Of a stretch of 64,000 nt of DNA, positions 29,518 to 38,840 are shown piece by piece (the stretch's first letter is position 1; each line of letters opens with the position of its first letter). Made by a program: the position numbers and the translations under genes. The stretch lies in assembly GCA_016794465.1 (NCBI GenBank), contig JAEUKA010000067.1, positions 38,141 through 102,140 on the forward strand, in the 5' to 3' direction. This stretch comes from Myxococcales bacterium (GTDB lineage Bacteria > Myxococcota_A > Polyangia > Palsa-1104 > JAEUJZ01). Below the pieces are notes generated by a model. That model was not told the origin of the DNA, did not search any database, and saw only the letters and a list, made by a program, of their open reading frames with translations.

Positions 29518-30630
29518 CTAGCGAACCTTTAGCGTCGCCAGCGCGATGATCGCCAGCGCAATCGAGATGATCCAAAAACGCACAATCACCTTCGGCTCGG
29601 CCCACCCTTTGAGCTCGAAGTGATGATGCAGCGGCGCCATCTTGAAGATCCGCTTGCCGGTCAGCTTGAACGACGCCACCTGTAGCATTACCGACATGGT
29701 TTCAGCGACGAAGACTCCGCCGATGATGACCAGCGTGAACTCGTTCTTGGTCAGCACTGCCAGCGTGCCCAGCGCCCCGCCGATCGACAGCGAGCCCACG
29801 TCGCCCATGAAGACCTGCGCCGGGTAGGTGTTGTACCAAAGGAAGCCGACGCCCGCGCCCGCGAGTGCGCCGCAGAAGACCGCCAGCTCGCCGCTGCCGG
29901 GGATGTAGGGAATCTTCAGGTACTCGGCGATGTTGAAGCCTTTGATGATGGTGCCGGCGCCGTAGCTCAAGATGAGGAACGTACCCGCCGAGACAATCAC
30001 CGGGCCAATCGCCAGCCCATCAAGCCCGTCGGTGAGGTTGACCGCGTGACTCGCCCCGAGGATGACCAGCACCGCCAGCGCAAAGTAGACCGCCGCAAAC
30101 ATCTCCAGCGGATACTTATTGAAGTCGAGCAGCGGCAGGGCGACGCGGAAGCGCAGGCTCGGGTCATACAGGTTCGATCCAAAGATGTACGCAACGACGG
30201 CGATGGTGATGACCGCCTGGAGTCCGATCTTGACCTTGCCCGGCAGCCCCTTTTTTGACACCCGCAGCTTGCGATAGTCGTCGAGAAAGCCGACCGCACC
30301 AAACGACAGCGTGACCAGCAGCGCCACCCACACAAAGCGGCTGGTCAGGTCACACCAGCACAGCGTCGCGACACTGACGCAAAACAGGATCAACAGACCG
30401 CCCATCGTCGGGGTTCCGGCCTTCTTTTGGTGGCCCTCGGGTCCGTCGGTGCGGATGCTCTCGCCAACCTGTAGCTTGTGCAGCCAGCGGATCAGCCACG
30501 GGCCGAGCAGCAGTCCCAGCAGCAGCGCGGTCAAGATGGCCAGGATGCTGCGCGTCGAGACATAGCGCACCACGTTGAGAAAACGCAGCGACGGAATGTT
30601 ATGCAGTGAATAGAGCAGATGGTAGAGCAT
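29518..30630 (-). CDS. mraY: Phospho-N-acetylmuramoyl-pentapeptide transferase MraY
   Basis: ORF track 370 aa. AGTPTMGG, NLTDGLDGLA, APLHHHFE. Confidence 0.95.
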   Translation of the reverse strand: MLYHLLYSLHNIPSLRFLNVVRYVSTRSILAILTALLLGLLLGPWLIRWLHKLQVGESIRTDGPEGHQKKAGTPTMGGLLILFCVSVATLCWCDLTSRFVWVALLVTLSFGAVGFLDDYRKLRVSKKGLPGKVKIGLQAVITIAVVAYIFGSNLYDPSLRFRVALPLLDFNKYPLEMFAAVYFALAVLVILGASHAVNLTDGLDGLAIGPVIVSAGTFLILSYGAGTIIKGFNIAEYLKIPYIPGSGELAVFCGALAGAGVGFLWYNTYPAQVFMGDVGSLSIGGALGTLAVLTKNEFTLVIIGGVFVAETMSVMLQVASFKLTGKRIFKMAPLHHHFELKGWAEPKVIVRFWIISIALAIIALATLKVR

Positions 30631-30643
30631 AAAGACGAATCCC

Positions 30644-33600
30644 TTAGCCAGCGCTCACCGGCGGTGGCGGAGACAGAAGTGTGGTGAGTTGTTCGAGCAC
30701 GCGCTCGAGCGCCATGCCGCGTGAACCTTTGACGAGTACAACATCGCCCGCTCTCGTCGCTGCGGCTGCTGCCTCGGCGGCTTGGGCGGCTGTCTCGACG
30801 TGAACGACGGTGGTTCCGAGTGCGGCGGCAGCCTCGCTGGCGTGTCGAGCGCGGGTTCCAATCGTAATCAGCTGATGCAGTCCGCTTGCGGCGGCGACGC
30901 GTCCGACCATGGCATGAAGCTCGGCCTCTGTCGGGCCAAGCTCTAGCATATCGCCGAGGACCGCCACTGCCGACCCGCTGCCACGCAGACCGGCAAGTGC
31001 TCGTAGCGCCGCTGCGACCGAGGCGGGATTGGCGTTGTAACAGTCATCGAGGACCAGTCGTCCGCCGATCGTGAGCAGCTGTCCGCGATGCTTGCCGGCC
31101 TGCACGCTGGCCAGGCCGGTGGCAATGGTCGCAGGTGGTACATCGAGCGCGAGCGCAGCAGCAGCAGCCAAGGCCGCGTTGTCGGCATGATGCGGCCCAA
31201 TGAGCGGCAAGCGAATCGACTGACTCGGAGTTCCCGCAGCCAGCGGACAGCTCAGCTCGACTTGGAGTCCGGCTGCGTCCTCAGCCTCAATGCGGACATG
31301 CGCGGCTGCTGCTTTGGCGGGCACCGCACCACTTGACCCAATCAGGGCTCGGATTCGACCCGAAAATGCCCCGGCCCGCGCTGCTTGCTCTCGCACCAGT
31401 CCATGGCCATCGAGAAACACCGCCGTGGCCCCATCCGCGAGCCCCGCGAACAATTCCCCCTTGGCGAGTGCGATGTTTTCTAGGGTCCCCAGCGTCTCCA
31501 GGTGCGCCGGACCGACGTTGGTGATGACCGCAACCTCAGGCCGACACAGCGAGGTCAGATAGGCAATCTCTCCCCGCGCCGACATGCCCAGCTCGATCAC
31601 CGCATAGCGCTGGCTGGGCCGCAGCTTGAGCAGCGTCAGGGGCACGCCCAAGTGGTTGTTGAGGTTGCCGTCCGTCTTGGTCAGCTCTCCGGGCTCGATG
31701 CGGTGGGCGGCCAAGATCGAAGCGACAAGGTCCTTGGTGGTGGTCTTTCCCGACGATCCCGTCACCGCCACGACCCGCAGCTTGGCCGCGATCTCCGGCG
31801 CGTCCCGATGGGCACGAGCGATCTGGCCCAACGCTACGATCGTGTCCGCCACCTCGATGACCGCCAGGCTGGGATGCTCGGGAACAAGGTGCAGCTTGTC
31901 TCGCTCGATGAGCACGCCGCCCGCGCCGCTCTGCACCGCTTGGGCAAGGAAGCTGTGGCCGTCGTGGTGCTCGCCGCGAATCGCGACAAACAGGCTGCCG
32001 GGCGTGACGGAGCGGCTGTCAATGGTGACCGCGCTGAAGCGATGGGTCGCCCCCCGCACAAGTCGGCCCGCTGCTGCGCCCAGGACGCGCTCCAGTGGCA
32101 GTTCAATCGAAGGAAGCATGTTTGTTGGCAGGGTCGCAGGCGTCAGCGTTCCAGAGCGCGGCTGAGCATCCGGGCGAAGCTGTAGCGCCCGCTGGGCTTC
32201 TTCGCGATCGTCAAAGTGCAGCTTGCTGGTGCCGATGATCTGATAGTCCTCGTGGCCTTTGCCGGCGAGCAGCACCAAGTCCTCGGGCTGGGCGGCAAGG
32301 ATCGCACTCTGAATGGCCTGGCGACGATCCGGCTCGATGAAATAGCCACTTGCCGACGAAGCCAGCTGCCCACGATCGAGAAGCGGCGTCAGGCGACCTG
32401 TAGACTCGACCCCCGCGACGATCATGTCGATGATCCCCTGCGGATTCTCACTGCGTGGGTTGTCCGAGGTCACAATCACCAGATCGGCTTCCTCGGCGGC
32501 GGCTCTGCCCATCAGGGGTCGCTTGCCAGCATCGCGATCGCCACCACAGCCGAACACCACCAGCAGTCGTCCGCGCTTGGCATGGCTCGTCGTCAGTGGC
32601 CGTAGCGTGGATAGGACCCGCGACAGCGCATCGGGCGTGTGGGCGTAGTCCACCAGCACCGTCGGTCCGCGCCGGCTTGGCACTCGCTCCAGGCGTCCTG
32701 GCACCCCACTCAGCAGCGACAGACCCCGACCGATCTGCACCGCCGACAGCCCCAGGGCCACACCAATGCCGATGCTGAGCGCCAAGTTCGACAGATTAAA
32801 CTGACCCGTCAGCGGCGACTGCAGCGTTACTTCTCCGACGGGTGTACTGAAGACCGCACTGATGCCCTCGACCCCGGTCTTTTCTCGCACCACCGACACA
32901 TCAGCCGGCTCGGTCAGCGAAAATCCGATCCGCTGCGCCGGCGGCAGCGTCGCAAACAGCCGTCGTCCCCACGGATCGTCGAGATTTATCACCGCTCGAC
33001 CCCCCAGCTCGGCGGGCAAGAGGTGCTGATGAAACAGCTGACACTTGGCGGCAAAGTACGCCTCCATCGTGCCGTGGAGATCCAGGTGATCTTGGGTCAG
33101 GTTGGTAAAGGCCGCGACGCGAAAGCGCACCCCAAACAGCCGTCCGAGCAAGAGCGCATGCGACGACACCTCCATCGCCACCGCCTTGGCCCCGTGCTCG
33201 GCCAGCTCGGCCAGCGTGCGATGTAACAGCAGCGCGGTCGGAGTCGTAAACGGCGCTGCCTGATTGACCCCTGGCCCGCGATACAGCACCGTCCCGAGCA
33301 GCCCCGGCCGTAGCTCCGCCTCTTCCAGCAGCGTCTCGACCAGGAAGTTGCTGGTGGTCTTGCCGTTGGTGCCGGTGATGCCAATCAGCGTCAGCGAGTC
33401 CGAAGGCCGACCGTAGCGATTCATCGCCAGCTGGGCCAGCGCCTCGGTCGCGCTTGCCACCGGCAGCTGGAGCAGCCGACAGTCGGGACGAACCTGCTCG
33501 ACGATCGCTGCCCGGGCACCGCGCTGCTCGGCATTGGCAAGAAAGTGATGGCCATCGACCGTCTGACCCGGTACTGCCACAAACAGATCGCCCGGCGTCA

Positions 33601-33742
33601 CCTGCCGCGAGTCATCGCAGACTTCGCCGATCTCGATCGTTTCAAGCTCCGCCATCGTCGGCAGCGATCCGCCCACAGTTGGACGCAGCTCGACCTCGCG
33701 GAGCAGCTTGGACAGCTTCATGGTGGGCCGATTTTTCTGCAA
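30644..33742 (-). CDS. murEF: Fused bifunctional MurE (meso-DAP-adding ligase) / MurF (D-Ala-D-Ala-adding ligase)
   Basis: Single 1032-aa ORF with two complete Mur-ligase units. The N-half has GITGTNGKTTSNF...DNPRSE. A ~30-aa linker (RPDAQPRSGTLTPATLPTNM) follows. The C-half has VTIDSRSVTPGSLFVAIRGEHHDGH...VTGSSGKTTTKD. Confidence 0.9.
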   Translation of the reverse strand: MQKNRPTMKLSKLLREVELRPTVGGSLPTMAELETIEIGEVCDDSRQVTPGDLFVAVPGQTVDGHHFLANAEQRGARAAIVEQVRPDCRLLQLPVASATEALAQLAMNRYGRPSDSLTLIGITGTNGKTTSNFLVETLLEEAELRPGLLGTVLYRGPGVNQAAPFTTPTALLLHRTLAELAEHGAKAVAMEVSSHALLLGRLFGVRFRVAAFTNLTQDHLDLHGTMEAYFAAKCQLFHQHLLPAELGGRAVINLDDPWGRRLFATLPPAQRIGFSLTEPADVSVVREKTGVEGISAVFSTPVGEVTLQSPLTGQFNLSNLALSIGIGVALGLSAVQIGRGLSLLSGVPGRLERVPSRRGPTVLVDYAHTPDALSRVLSTLRPLTTSHAKRGRLLVVFGCGGDRDAGKRPLMGRAAAEEADLVIVTSDNPRSENPQGIIDMIVAGVESTGRLTPLLDRGQLASSASGYFIEPDRRQAIQSAILAAQPEDLVLLAGKGHEDYQIIGTSKLHFDDREEAQRALQLRPDAQPRSGTLTPATLPTNMLPSIELPLERVLGAAAGRLVRGATHRFSAVTIDSRSVTPGSLFVAIRGEHHDGHSFLAQAVQSGAGGVLIERDKLHLVPEHPSLAVIEVADTIVALGQIARAHRDAPEIAAKLRVVAVTGSSGKTTTKDLVASILAAHRIEPGELTKTDGNLNNHLGVPLTLLKLRPSQRYAVIELGMSARGEIAYLTSLCRPEVAVITNVGPAHLETLGTLENIALAKGELFAGLADGATAVFLDGHGLVREQAARAGAFSGRIRALIGSSGAVPAKAAAAHVRIEAEDAAGLQVELSCPLAAGTPSQSIRLPLIGPHHADNAALAAAAALALDVPPATIATGLASVQAGKHRGQLLTIGGRLVLDDCYNANPASVAAALRALAGLRGSGSAVAVLGDMLELGPTEAELHAMVGRVAAASGLHQLITIGTRARHASEAAAALGTTVVHVETAAQAAEAAAAATRAGDVVLVKGSRGMALERVLEQLTTLLSPPPPVSAG

Positions 33743-33772
33743 GATCGGCGGTCTGCCAAATTACGTGGGCTG

Positions 33773-35206
33773 TTACAGCACTTTGCCGGGGTTCATCAGG
33801 CCGCTCGGGTCGAGGGCCGCTTTGATCTTGCGCATCACTTGCAGCTCGACCTCCGATCGATAGCGGCGCAGCTCGTCGCGCTTGAGCTGTCCGATCCCGT
33901 GCTCGGCACTGAAGCTGCCGCCCATCGACATCGCCAGCTCGTGGACCACGTGCGACAGCCGGTCGCGATGCCGCGCATACTCCGCCCGATCCATGTCGAT
34001 CGGCTGGCTCAGGTTGAAGTGGACGTTGCCATCGCCGACATGTCCAAACGCCACCACCCGAATCCCCGGCACCTCGGCTTCGACCCGGCGGCTCGCTTCC
34101 TTCACAAACTGCGGCACCCGATGAATCGGCAGCGACACGTCGTGCTTCACCGACAGACCTTCTGGCTTCTGCGCATCGGGAATGCTCTCGCGCAGGTGCC
34201 ACAGCGCTTCGGCCTGCGCCGGACTCTGCGCCACCGTTGCATCCAAGATCAGCTCCGCATCCGCCGCTTGCCCCAGCAGCTGCTCGACCTCGCGCTTTTG
34301 CCGTCCGTCCTCGCTGCCGCTGACCGCTTCAATCAGCAGATAGTGCGGATACGCCACCTGAAACGGGTCACGAGTGCCGGGAATGTGACGCAGCACCATC
34401 TCGAGCGCCAGGCGCGGAATGAACTCAAGTCCCGACAGCCCATCCCCGGTGGCCGCCCGAAGCAGCGTCAGCAGCTTGATCACCGCCTCCAGGTCCGGCA
34501 CCGCCAGCAGCGCCGTCACCACCTCGCGCGGCTGCGGAAACAGCTTCAGCACCGCCGCCGAGATGATCCCCAGCGTCCCCTCCGCCCCACAGAACAGCCC
34601 ACTTAGGTGATAGCCGGTGTTGTCCTTGCGCAGCCCGCGCAGCATGTCGAGCACCTGACCATCGGGCAGCACCACCTCTAGCCCCAGCACAAGGTCGCGG
34701 CTGTTGCCATAGCGAATCACCTGCGTGCCCCCCGCGTTGGTCGACAGGTTGCCGCCGATCTGACAGCTCCCTTCCGCCCCCAGGCTCAGCGGGAACAGCA
34801 GCCCCACCGACTCCGCCGCTTGCTGGAGGTCGGCCAGGATGCAGCCCGCCTCGACCGTCATCGTGAAGCTCTGCGGATCGATCGATCGAATCCGGTTCAG
34901 GCGCGAAAGGCTGATCACCACCTGATCTCCCACCGCGCTCGGCACCGCCCCCCCGCACAGCCCGGTCCCGCCACCCTGCGGAACCATCGCCACTCCCGCC
35001 GCTGCACAGGCTCTGACCACCTCGGCCAGCTCCGCCGTCGATCCCGGTCGCACCACCACTTCGGCTCGGCCTTGGTAGGTCCCGCGCGGCTCGGTCAGAA
35101 ACGGCGCAATCGCGTCTTCATCCACCAGCAGTCCCGCCGCACCGACCATGCGAGAGAGCTGCTCGACAAATCCCCTGGGAAGCTTGCTGGCTTGCGTGTC
35201 CGTCAT
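33773..35206 (-). CDS. FAD-linked oxidase (GlcD / D-2-hydroxyacid dehydrogenase family)
   Basis: In frame with ORF 33773..35377. ATG 35206 (MTDTQAS...) avoids overlap with the divergent gene. FAD_binding_4 motifs (VVRPGSTAELAEVV, VPQGGGTGLCGGAVP) and the FAD-oxidase C-terminal HGIG. Confidence 0.85.
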   Translation of the reverse strand: MTDTQASKLPRGFVEQLSRMVGAAGLLVDEDAIAPFLTEPRGTYQGRAEVVVRPGSTAELAEVVRACAAAGVAMVPQGGGTGLCGGAVPSAVGDQVVISLSRLNRIRSIDPQSFTMTVEAGCILADLQQAAESVGLLFPLSLGAEGSCQIGGNLSTNAGGTQVIRYGNSRDLVLGLEVVLPDGQVLDMLRGLRKDNTGYHLSGLFCGAEGTLGIISAAVLKLFPQPREVVTALLAVPDLEAVIKLLTLLRAATGDGLSGLEFIPRLALEMVLRHIPGTRDPFQVAYPHYLLIEAVSGSEDGRQKREVEQLLGQAADAELILDATVAQSPAQAEALWHLRESIPDAQKPEGLSVKHDVSLPIHRVPQFVKEASRRVEAEVPGIRVVAFGHVGDGNVHFNLSQPIDMDRAEYARHRDRLSHVVHELAMSMGGSFSAEHGIGQLKRDELRRYRSEVELQVMRKIKAALDPSGLMNPGKVL

Positions 35207-35254
35207 CAAATGGTCCGTTCCTCTCCGGTGACCTTGCGCTAGGTTGTAGCCGAC

Positions 35255-36142
35255 ATGCGGATTGCACACATCTCGGACCTGCACGCGCTCGATCTCACCG
35301 GGGCATCGCCGCTGCGGTTTTTCAGCAAGCGATTTTTCGGCTGGCTCAACCTTTTGCGCAAGCGGCGAGCCGCCCATCCGACGGAGCTGCTCGATGCCCT
35401 GTGCGCGGACCTAGGCCAGCAGCCGCTCGATCATGTGGTGGTGACCGGCGACCTGACCAACTTGTCACTGCCCAGTGAGTTTCGCCGCGCCCGCCAGGCC
35501 CTCGACTCGCTGTCGTTTGGACCCAAAGCCGTGACCGCGATTCCTGGCAACCACGATGTCTATGTCTGGGGCGCGTACTTTGGGCGGACGTTCGAGAAGC
35601 ACCTCCTGCCCTATGCCCAGAGCGACGGCGCCCCCGAGCACGAGCTGCCCACCTGGCCGATTGTCCGCAAGCGCCAAGGGGTGGCGATCATCGGCTGCTC
35701 GACCGCGCTGCCTTCCCCGGTGCCGCTGGCGGACGGCTGGCTTGGGGGACGGCAGCTGCGGCGGCTCGAAGAGGCCCTGGACAGCACCCGCGATCACTTT
35801 CGGCTGCTGCTGATTCACCACCCGCCGCTGCCCCAGCACCTGGATGTGCTGCGAGCGCTGCGGGATCGCGGTCGGCTTCACAAGCTGCTGCGCCGCGTCG
35901 GCTGCAATCTGGTCCTGCACGGCCATGAGCACCGCGATCTGCGCGGCACCTTAGAGGGCCCCCAAGGACCGATCCCCGTGATTGGCGCCGGCTCGGCCAC
36001 CTACAACCACCCGCTCGCCGACCGCCGCGCCCGCTACAACATCTACACCGTCAGCGACCCCGGCCCCACCGCCCCTTTCACCATCGAGCAGCGCGTCTAC
36101 AACCCCACCACCCGCACCTTCGCCCCCGCCCCGACGCCCTAA
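35255..36142 (+). CDS. Calcineurin-like metallophosphoesterase
   Basis: ORF track 295 aa. MRIAHISDLH, VVVTGDLTN, IPGNHD, LLIHHPP, LHGHEH. Confidence 0.85.
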   Translation: MRIAHISDLHALDLTGASPLRFFSKRFFGWLNLLRKRRAAHPTELLDALCADLGQQPLDHVVVTGDLTNLSLPSEFRRARQALDSLSFGPKAVTAIPGNHDVYVWGAYFGRTFEKHLLPYAQSDGAPEHELPTWPIVRKRQGVAIIGCSTALPSPVPLADGWLGGRQLRRLEEALDSTRDHFRLLLIHHPPLPQHLDVLRALRDRGRLHKLLRRVGCNLVLHGHEHRDLRGTLEGPQGPIPVIGAGSATYNHPLADRRARYNIYTVSDPGPTAPFTIEQRVYNPTTRTFAPAPTP

Positions 36143-36176
36143 ACCCCGAGTCCACTCTTACTCCCGCACGTTTCGA

Positions 36177-36252
36177 CTGGGGCCCCGCTACCCTGCGAGA
36201 CTTTTTTCCGTTCCGCAGGCGGCCCGAAAAAAAGCTCTCCGGTCGCCCCCAG
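36177..36252. repeat. REP-like hairpin element, copy 2 (inverted relative to 14761-14839)
   Basis: ctggggccccgctaccctgcgagacttttttccgttccgcaggcggcccgaaaaaaagctctccggtcgcccccag closely matches the reverse complement of copy 1. Lies 35 nt after the phosphoesterase stop, between convergent genes. Confidence 0.7.
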
Positions 36253-36300
36253 TCTCTGTACTCAAACAGTTGGCTTCTCAGTGGACTAGGTTTGGTTTGG

Positions 36301-37215
36301 CTACTTGAGCTGGGGGTTGAGGATGACTTTGCCTTTGGTGATCTGATCGATGGCTTTCTTGTACTCAGCCGAGCGGCGGCGCTGGTGCGCTTTCTCCACC
36401 GAGGCCTCGCTCCCGCCTTTGCCCATCGTCAGCTCCAGAAACGTCCGCCCCGCCTGCTTGCCGATCCGGTCCTCGACCTGCGCCAGGTTGATCTTCTCGT
36501 AGTCCGCCCGGCTCAGCTCGATCTGCGCCAGGTCCTGATCTTTCCAGCGGGCCCGGTACAGGAACACCTTCAGGTCCGGGATGTTGCCGAACAGCTGCTG
36601 CGACAGCTCCGAGAAGTAGGCAATCACCTGCGAGTAATCGACCTCTTTGGCCCACTCCCCGCTCACCCCCTCCGTAAACGGCATGATCACCGTCACCAGC
36701 TGCTTGTCCGGCTCGGCGACGTACTCGAGCTTGCGCTTGAGCTTGCGGTCCGCCCGCGCCGACAGCTTGATCGCCTGCTCGACCTGCTGCCACAGCTCAA
36801 AGGGGATCTTGTTCTCAAAGGTGGGCGACTTCTCGCCCGGCTTCTGCGACACGGTCCCGACCGGCGACAGCGGCGGCGTCGAGAACTGCGCCTCGTTGGT
36901 ATAGACAAACCCACCCAGCGTCGTCGGATTCAGGTCCCGGCGCGTCATCAGGTGGCGATACAGCGCTTGCAGGTACTTGGTCGCCTCGTCGTGCTTTGTC
37001 TCGGGCGGCACCAGGATGTGGTACTCGGCGATGAGCTTCTTGTCGTCCCACTCGTCCTTTAAGACCTTGCACGTGCCGGTGATCTCTTTGGGGCAGACGG
37101 TGTCCGGCTTCGGGCCGGTGGCTTCGGGCTGCTCCGGCTGCTGCGGACAGCCAGCCAGGGGACCAAGCGCAAACGCGAGCGACAGGAGCCACGGAAATGC
37201 GAGCGTCTTACACAT
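36301..37215 (-). CDS. Lipoprotein of unknown function
   Basis: In frame with ORF 36301..37251. ATG 37215 gives MCKTLAFPWLLSLAFALGPLAGC (lipobox). No family recognised. Confidence 0.6.
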   Translation of the reverse strand: MCKTLAFPWLLSLAFALGPLAGCPQQPEQPEATGPKPDTVCPKEITGTCKVLKDEWDDKKLIAEYHILVPPETKHDEATKYLQALYRHLMTRRDLNPTTLGGFVYTNEAQFSTPPLSPVGTVSQKPGEKSPTFENKIPFELWQQVEQAIKLSARADRKLKRKLEYVAEPDKQLVTVIMPFTEGVSGEWAKEVDYSQVIAYFSELSQQLFGNIPDLKVFLYRARWKDQDLAQIELSRADYEKINLAQVEDRIGKQAGRTFLELTMGKGGSEASVEKAHQRRRSAEYKKAIDQITKGKVILNPQLK

Positions 37216-37279
37216 CGCAGCCAGGCTATGCGACCCCCGCACTATCGTCAATCAATGCGCGGCGGCTGGGCCCGCAGGC

Positions 37280-38752
37280 CTAGGGCGCTGGCAGAAGAGC
37301 GTCGGACTTCAGCAGTGCATGTGCAAACGAGGCAGCACTATTGCAAGCAAACTTCGTCCACGCTCGCTGGCGCTTCAAGCCAACGATGTCGCTTATGCCA
37401 CGAATCACAATCAGCTTTGCGTTTTGGTCGTGGGCTGCCGCGCAAGCCCCTGCAGCCTCCATCTCAATCGCTGCCAGATCGCGGTGATTCAGCTGCCACT
37501 GCCTGGCCAGGTTGGCGTTCTTCACCAGCCGATCGCTTGATGCCACAGGCCCTGTCCACAGCAGGGGATCGCGTGCCGTTGCGAAGTGGTGCTTGATGGA
37601 CTCACGCACCTTTTGTGTCCACGCCTTGCTGCCATAGAGATTGCGAGGGGCGCACGAGACAGTCGTTGGCCTCTCACATCCGATCGATCGAGGGCGCGAC
37701 CACTTCCGCAGGTCGGTGCGGCCAGCCAGAGAGGCCACGAGTCCCGACACCTCGGGGTGCAGTCGACTCCCGATGGCTGCAAAGCTGGAATTGCCAGTTA
37801 GCTTTGCTTCAACACAAAAGTCGATGATGCTTGACGACACGACTACATCGCCAAGCGAGTAATCCTCTGATGGCGGTGCCCCAGCGATGCCGACTAGCAA
37901 GATCCATTTGAGTGGGAAATCAGTAAGAAAGTCCCGTACAGCAGCCTGACTGGCGATATTGCCCTGTTGCAAGCAGCGGACTACCGCAATTTGAAGTGAT
38001 CCCACTTTGCCGATGTGATAGCGGCGAGTCGTGGTGAGTGCAGGGACCGTCTTGGTCTTCATGCGCGAGAGTACCGCATCCAGCTCATCGGGGCGAATCG
38101 TGATGATTCCGATGTCTGGCAGGCGAGCCTCATCAGATGGTGTCTTCGGCGGGCGTTGACTCGGCTTGCTCGAGCTGCTGGGCTTGCTGGGGCTACTTGG
38201 TTGACCTCCGGCTGCTCCGTCGATTTGCTTCATCAGCAGGGCTCGCAGGAGATCTTCCATCGCAGACACATCAATCATACTGCCAGACGACTCCTTGTCG
38301 GCAGTTTCGAGCGCGCGATAGTAGGGTTCCTTGTTCGCCGCGATGAGATCAGGGACCGTCGGAGTGCCAGGCAGCTCCGTTTTCAGACGGACACACATGA
38401 CCAAATAGGACGCTGCACGCGAAGTCCGACCATTCCCATCCTCGAACGGATGAATCCAGTTCAATCGCCACATGACGTATGCAGACAAATGCCAAGCAGT
38501 CAGTCCAAAGTTGGAGTTTACGTATTCACACATGTCCTCGACAAGTGCCAGAACTTGATCACTATCGGGCGGCGTGTGCTGCGCTCCTTTGATCTCTACC
38601 GGACCTCGCCGAAAGTGACCTGGCCCATCGACCATACCCGCGACAGCGAGCTTTGCCAGCTCGGAGAGCATTGATGGTTTCAGCCGAAACTGACCACGCT
38701 CATAGGCTTCAATTCCATCGCGAATCATTCCACGCAGCCGATCAAACTGCAC
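37280..38752 (-). CDS. Fic (AMPylase) domain fused to a PNP_UDP-type nucleoside phosphorylase/nucleosidase domain
   Basis: ORF track 490 aa (GTG start). Canonical Fic motif WIHPFEDGNGRTSR (codons ~38452-38417) and a Ser/Pro-rich linker. The C-terminal domain has IGIITIRPDELDAV, WILLVGIAGA, AAIEMEAAGA and LIVIRGISD, matching MTA/SAH-nucleosidase-like PNP_UDP landmarks. Local GC is ~45-55% by hand count. Confidence 0.85.
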   Translation of the reverse strand: MQFDRLRGMIRDGIEAYERGQFRLKPSMLSELAKLAVAGMVDGPGHFRRGPVEIKGAQHTPPDSDQVLALVEDMCEYVNSNFGLTAWHLSAYVMWRLNWIHPFEDGNGRTSRAASYLVMCVRLKTELPGTPTVPDLIAANKEPYYRALETADKESSGSMIDVSAMEDLLRALLMKQIDGAAGGQPSSPSKPSSSSKPSQRPPKTPSDEARLPDIGIITIRPDELDAVLSRMKTKTVPALTTTRRYHIGKVGSLQIAVVRCLQQGNIASQAAVRDFLTDFPLKWILLVGIAGAPPSEDYSLGDVVVSSSIIDFCVEAKLTGNSSFAAIGSRLHPEVSGLVASLAGRTDLRKWSRPRSIGCERPTTVSCAPRNLYGSKAWTQKVRESIKHHFATARDPLLWTGPVASSDRLVKNANLARQWQLNHRDLAAIEMEAAGACAAAHDQNAKLIVIRGISDIVGLKRQRAWTKFACNSAASFAHALLKSDALLPAP

Positions 38753-38840
38753 AAATCCATTTGCTGCAGCCTGTCGTGCTTCCTGCTCTGGCGTAAGAAC
38801 AGGCCGTGGCGTCCGCTCTTTGAGCTAACTGTATCGCTGA

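Noticed and set aside
33545-34606. 353-aa plus-strand ORF, plus similar long ORFs at 24161..25222(-), 19285..20274(-), 21451..22437(-), 10932..11939(-), 15649..16623(-), 43996..44826(-) and 60873..61760(-)
   Set aside because: All are antisense to genes with clear family motifs. They are Arg/Pro/His-rich and show no recognisable domain. They are treated as non-coding shadows.
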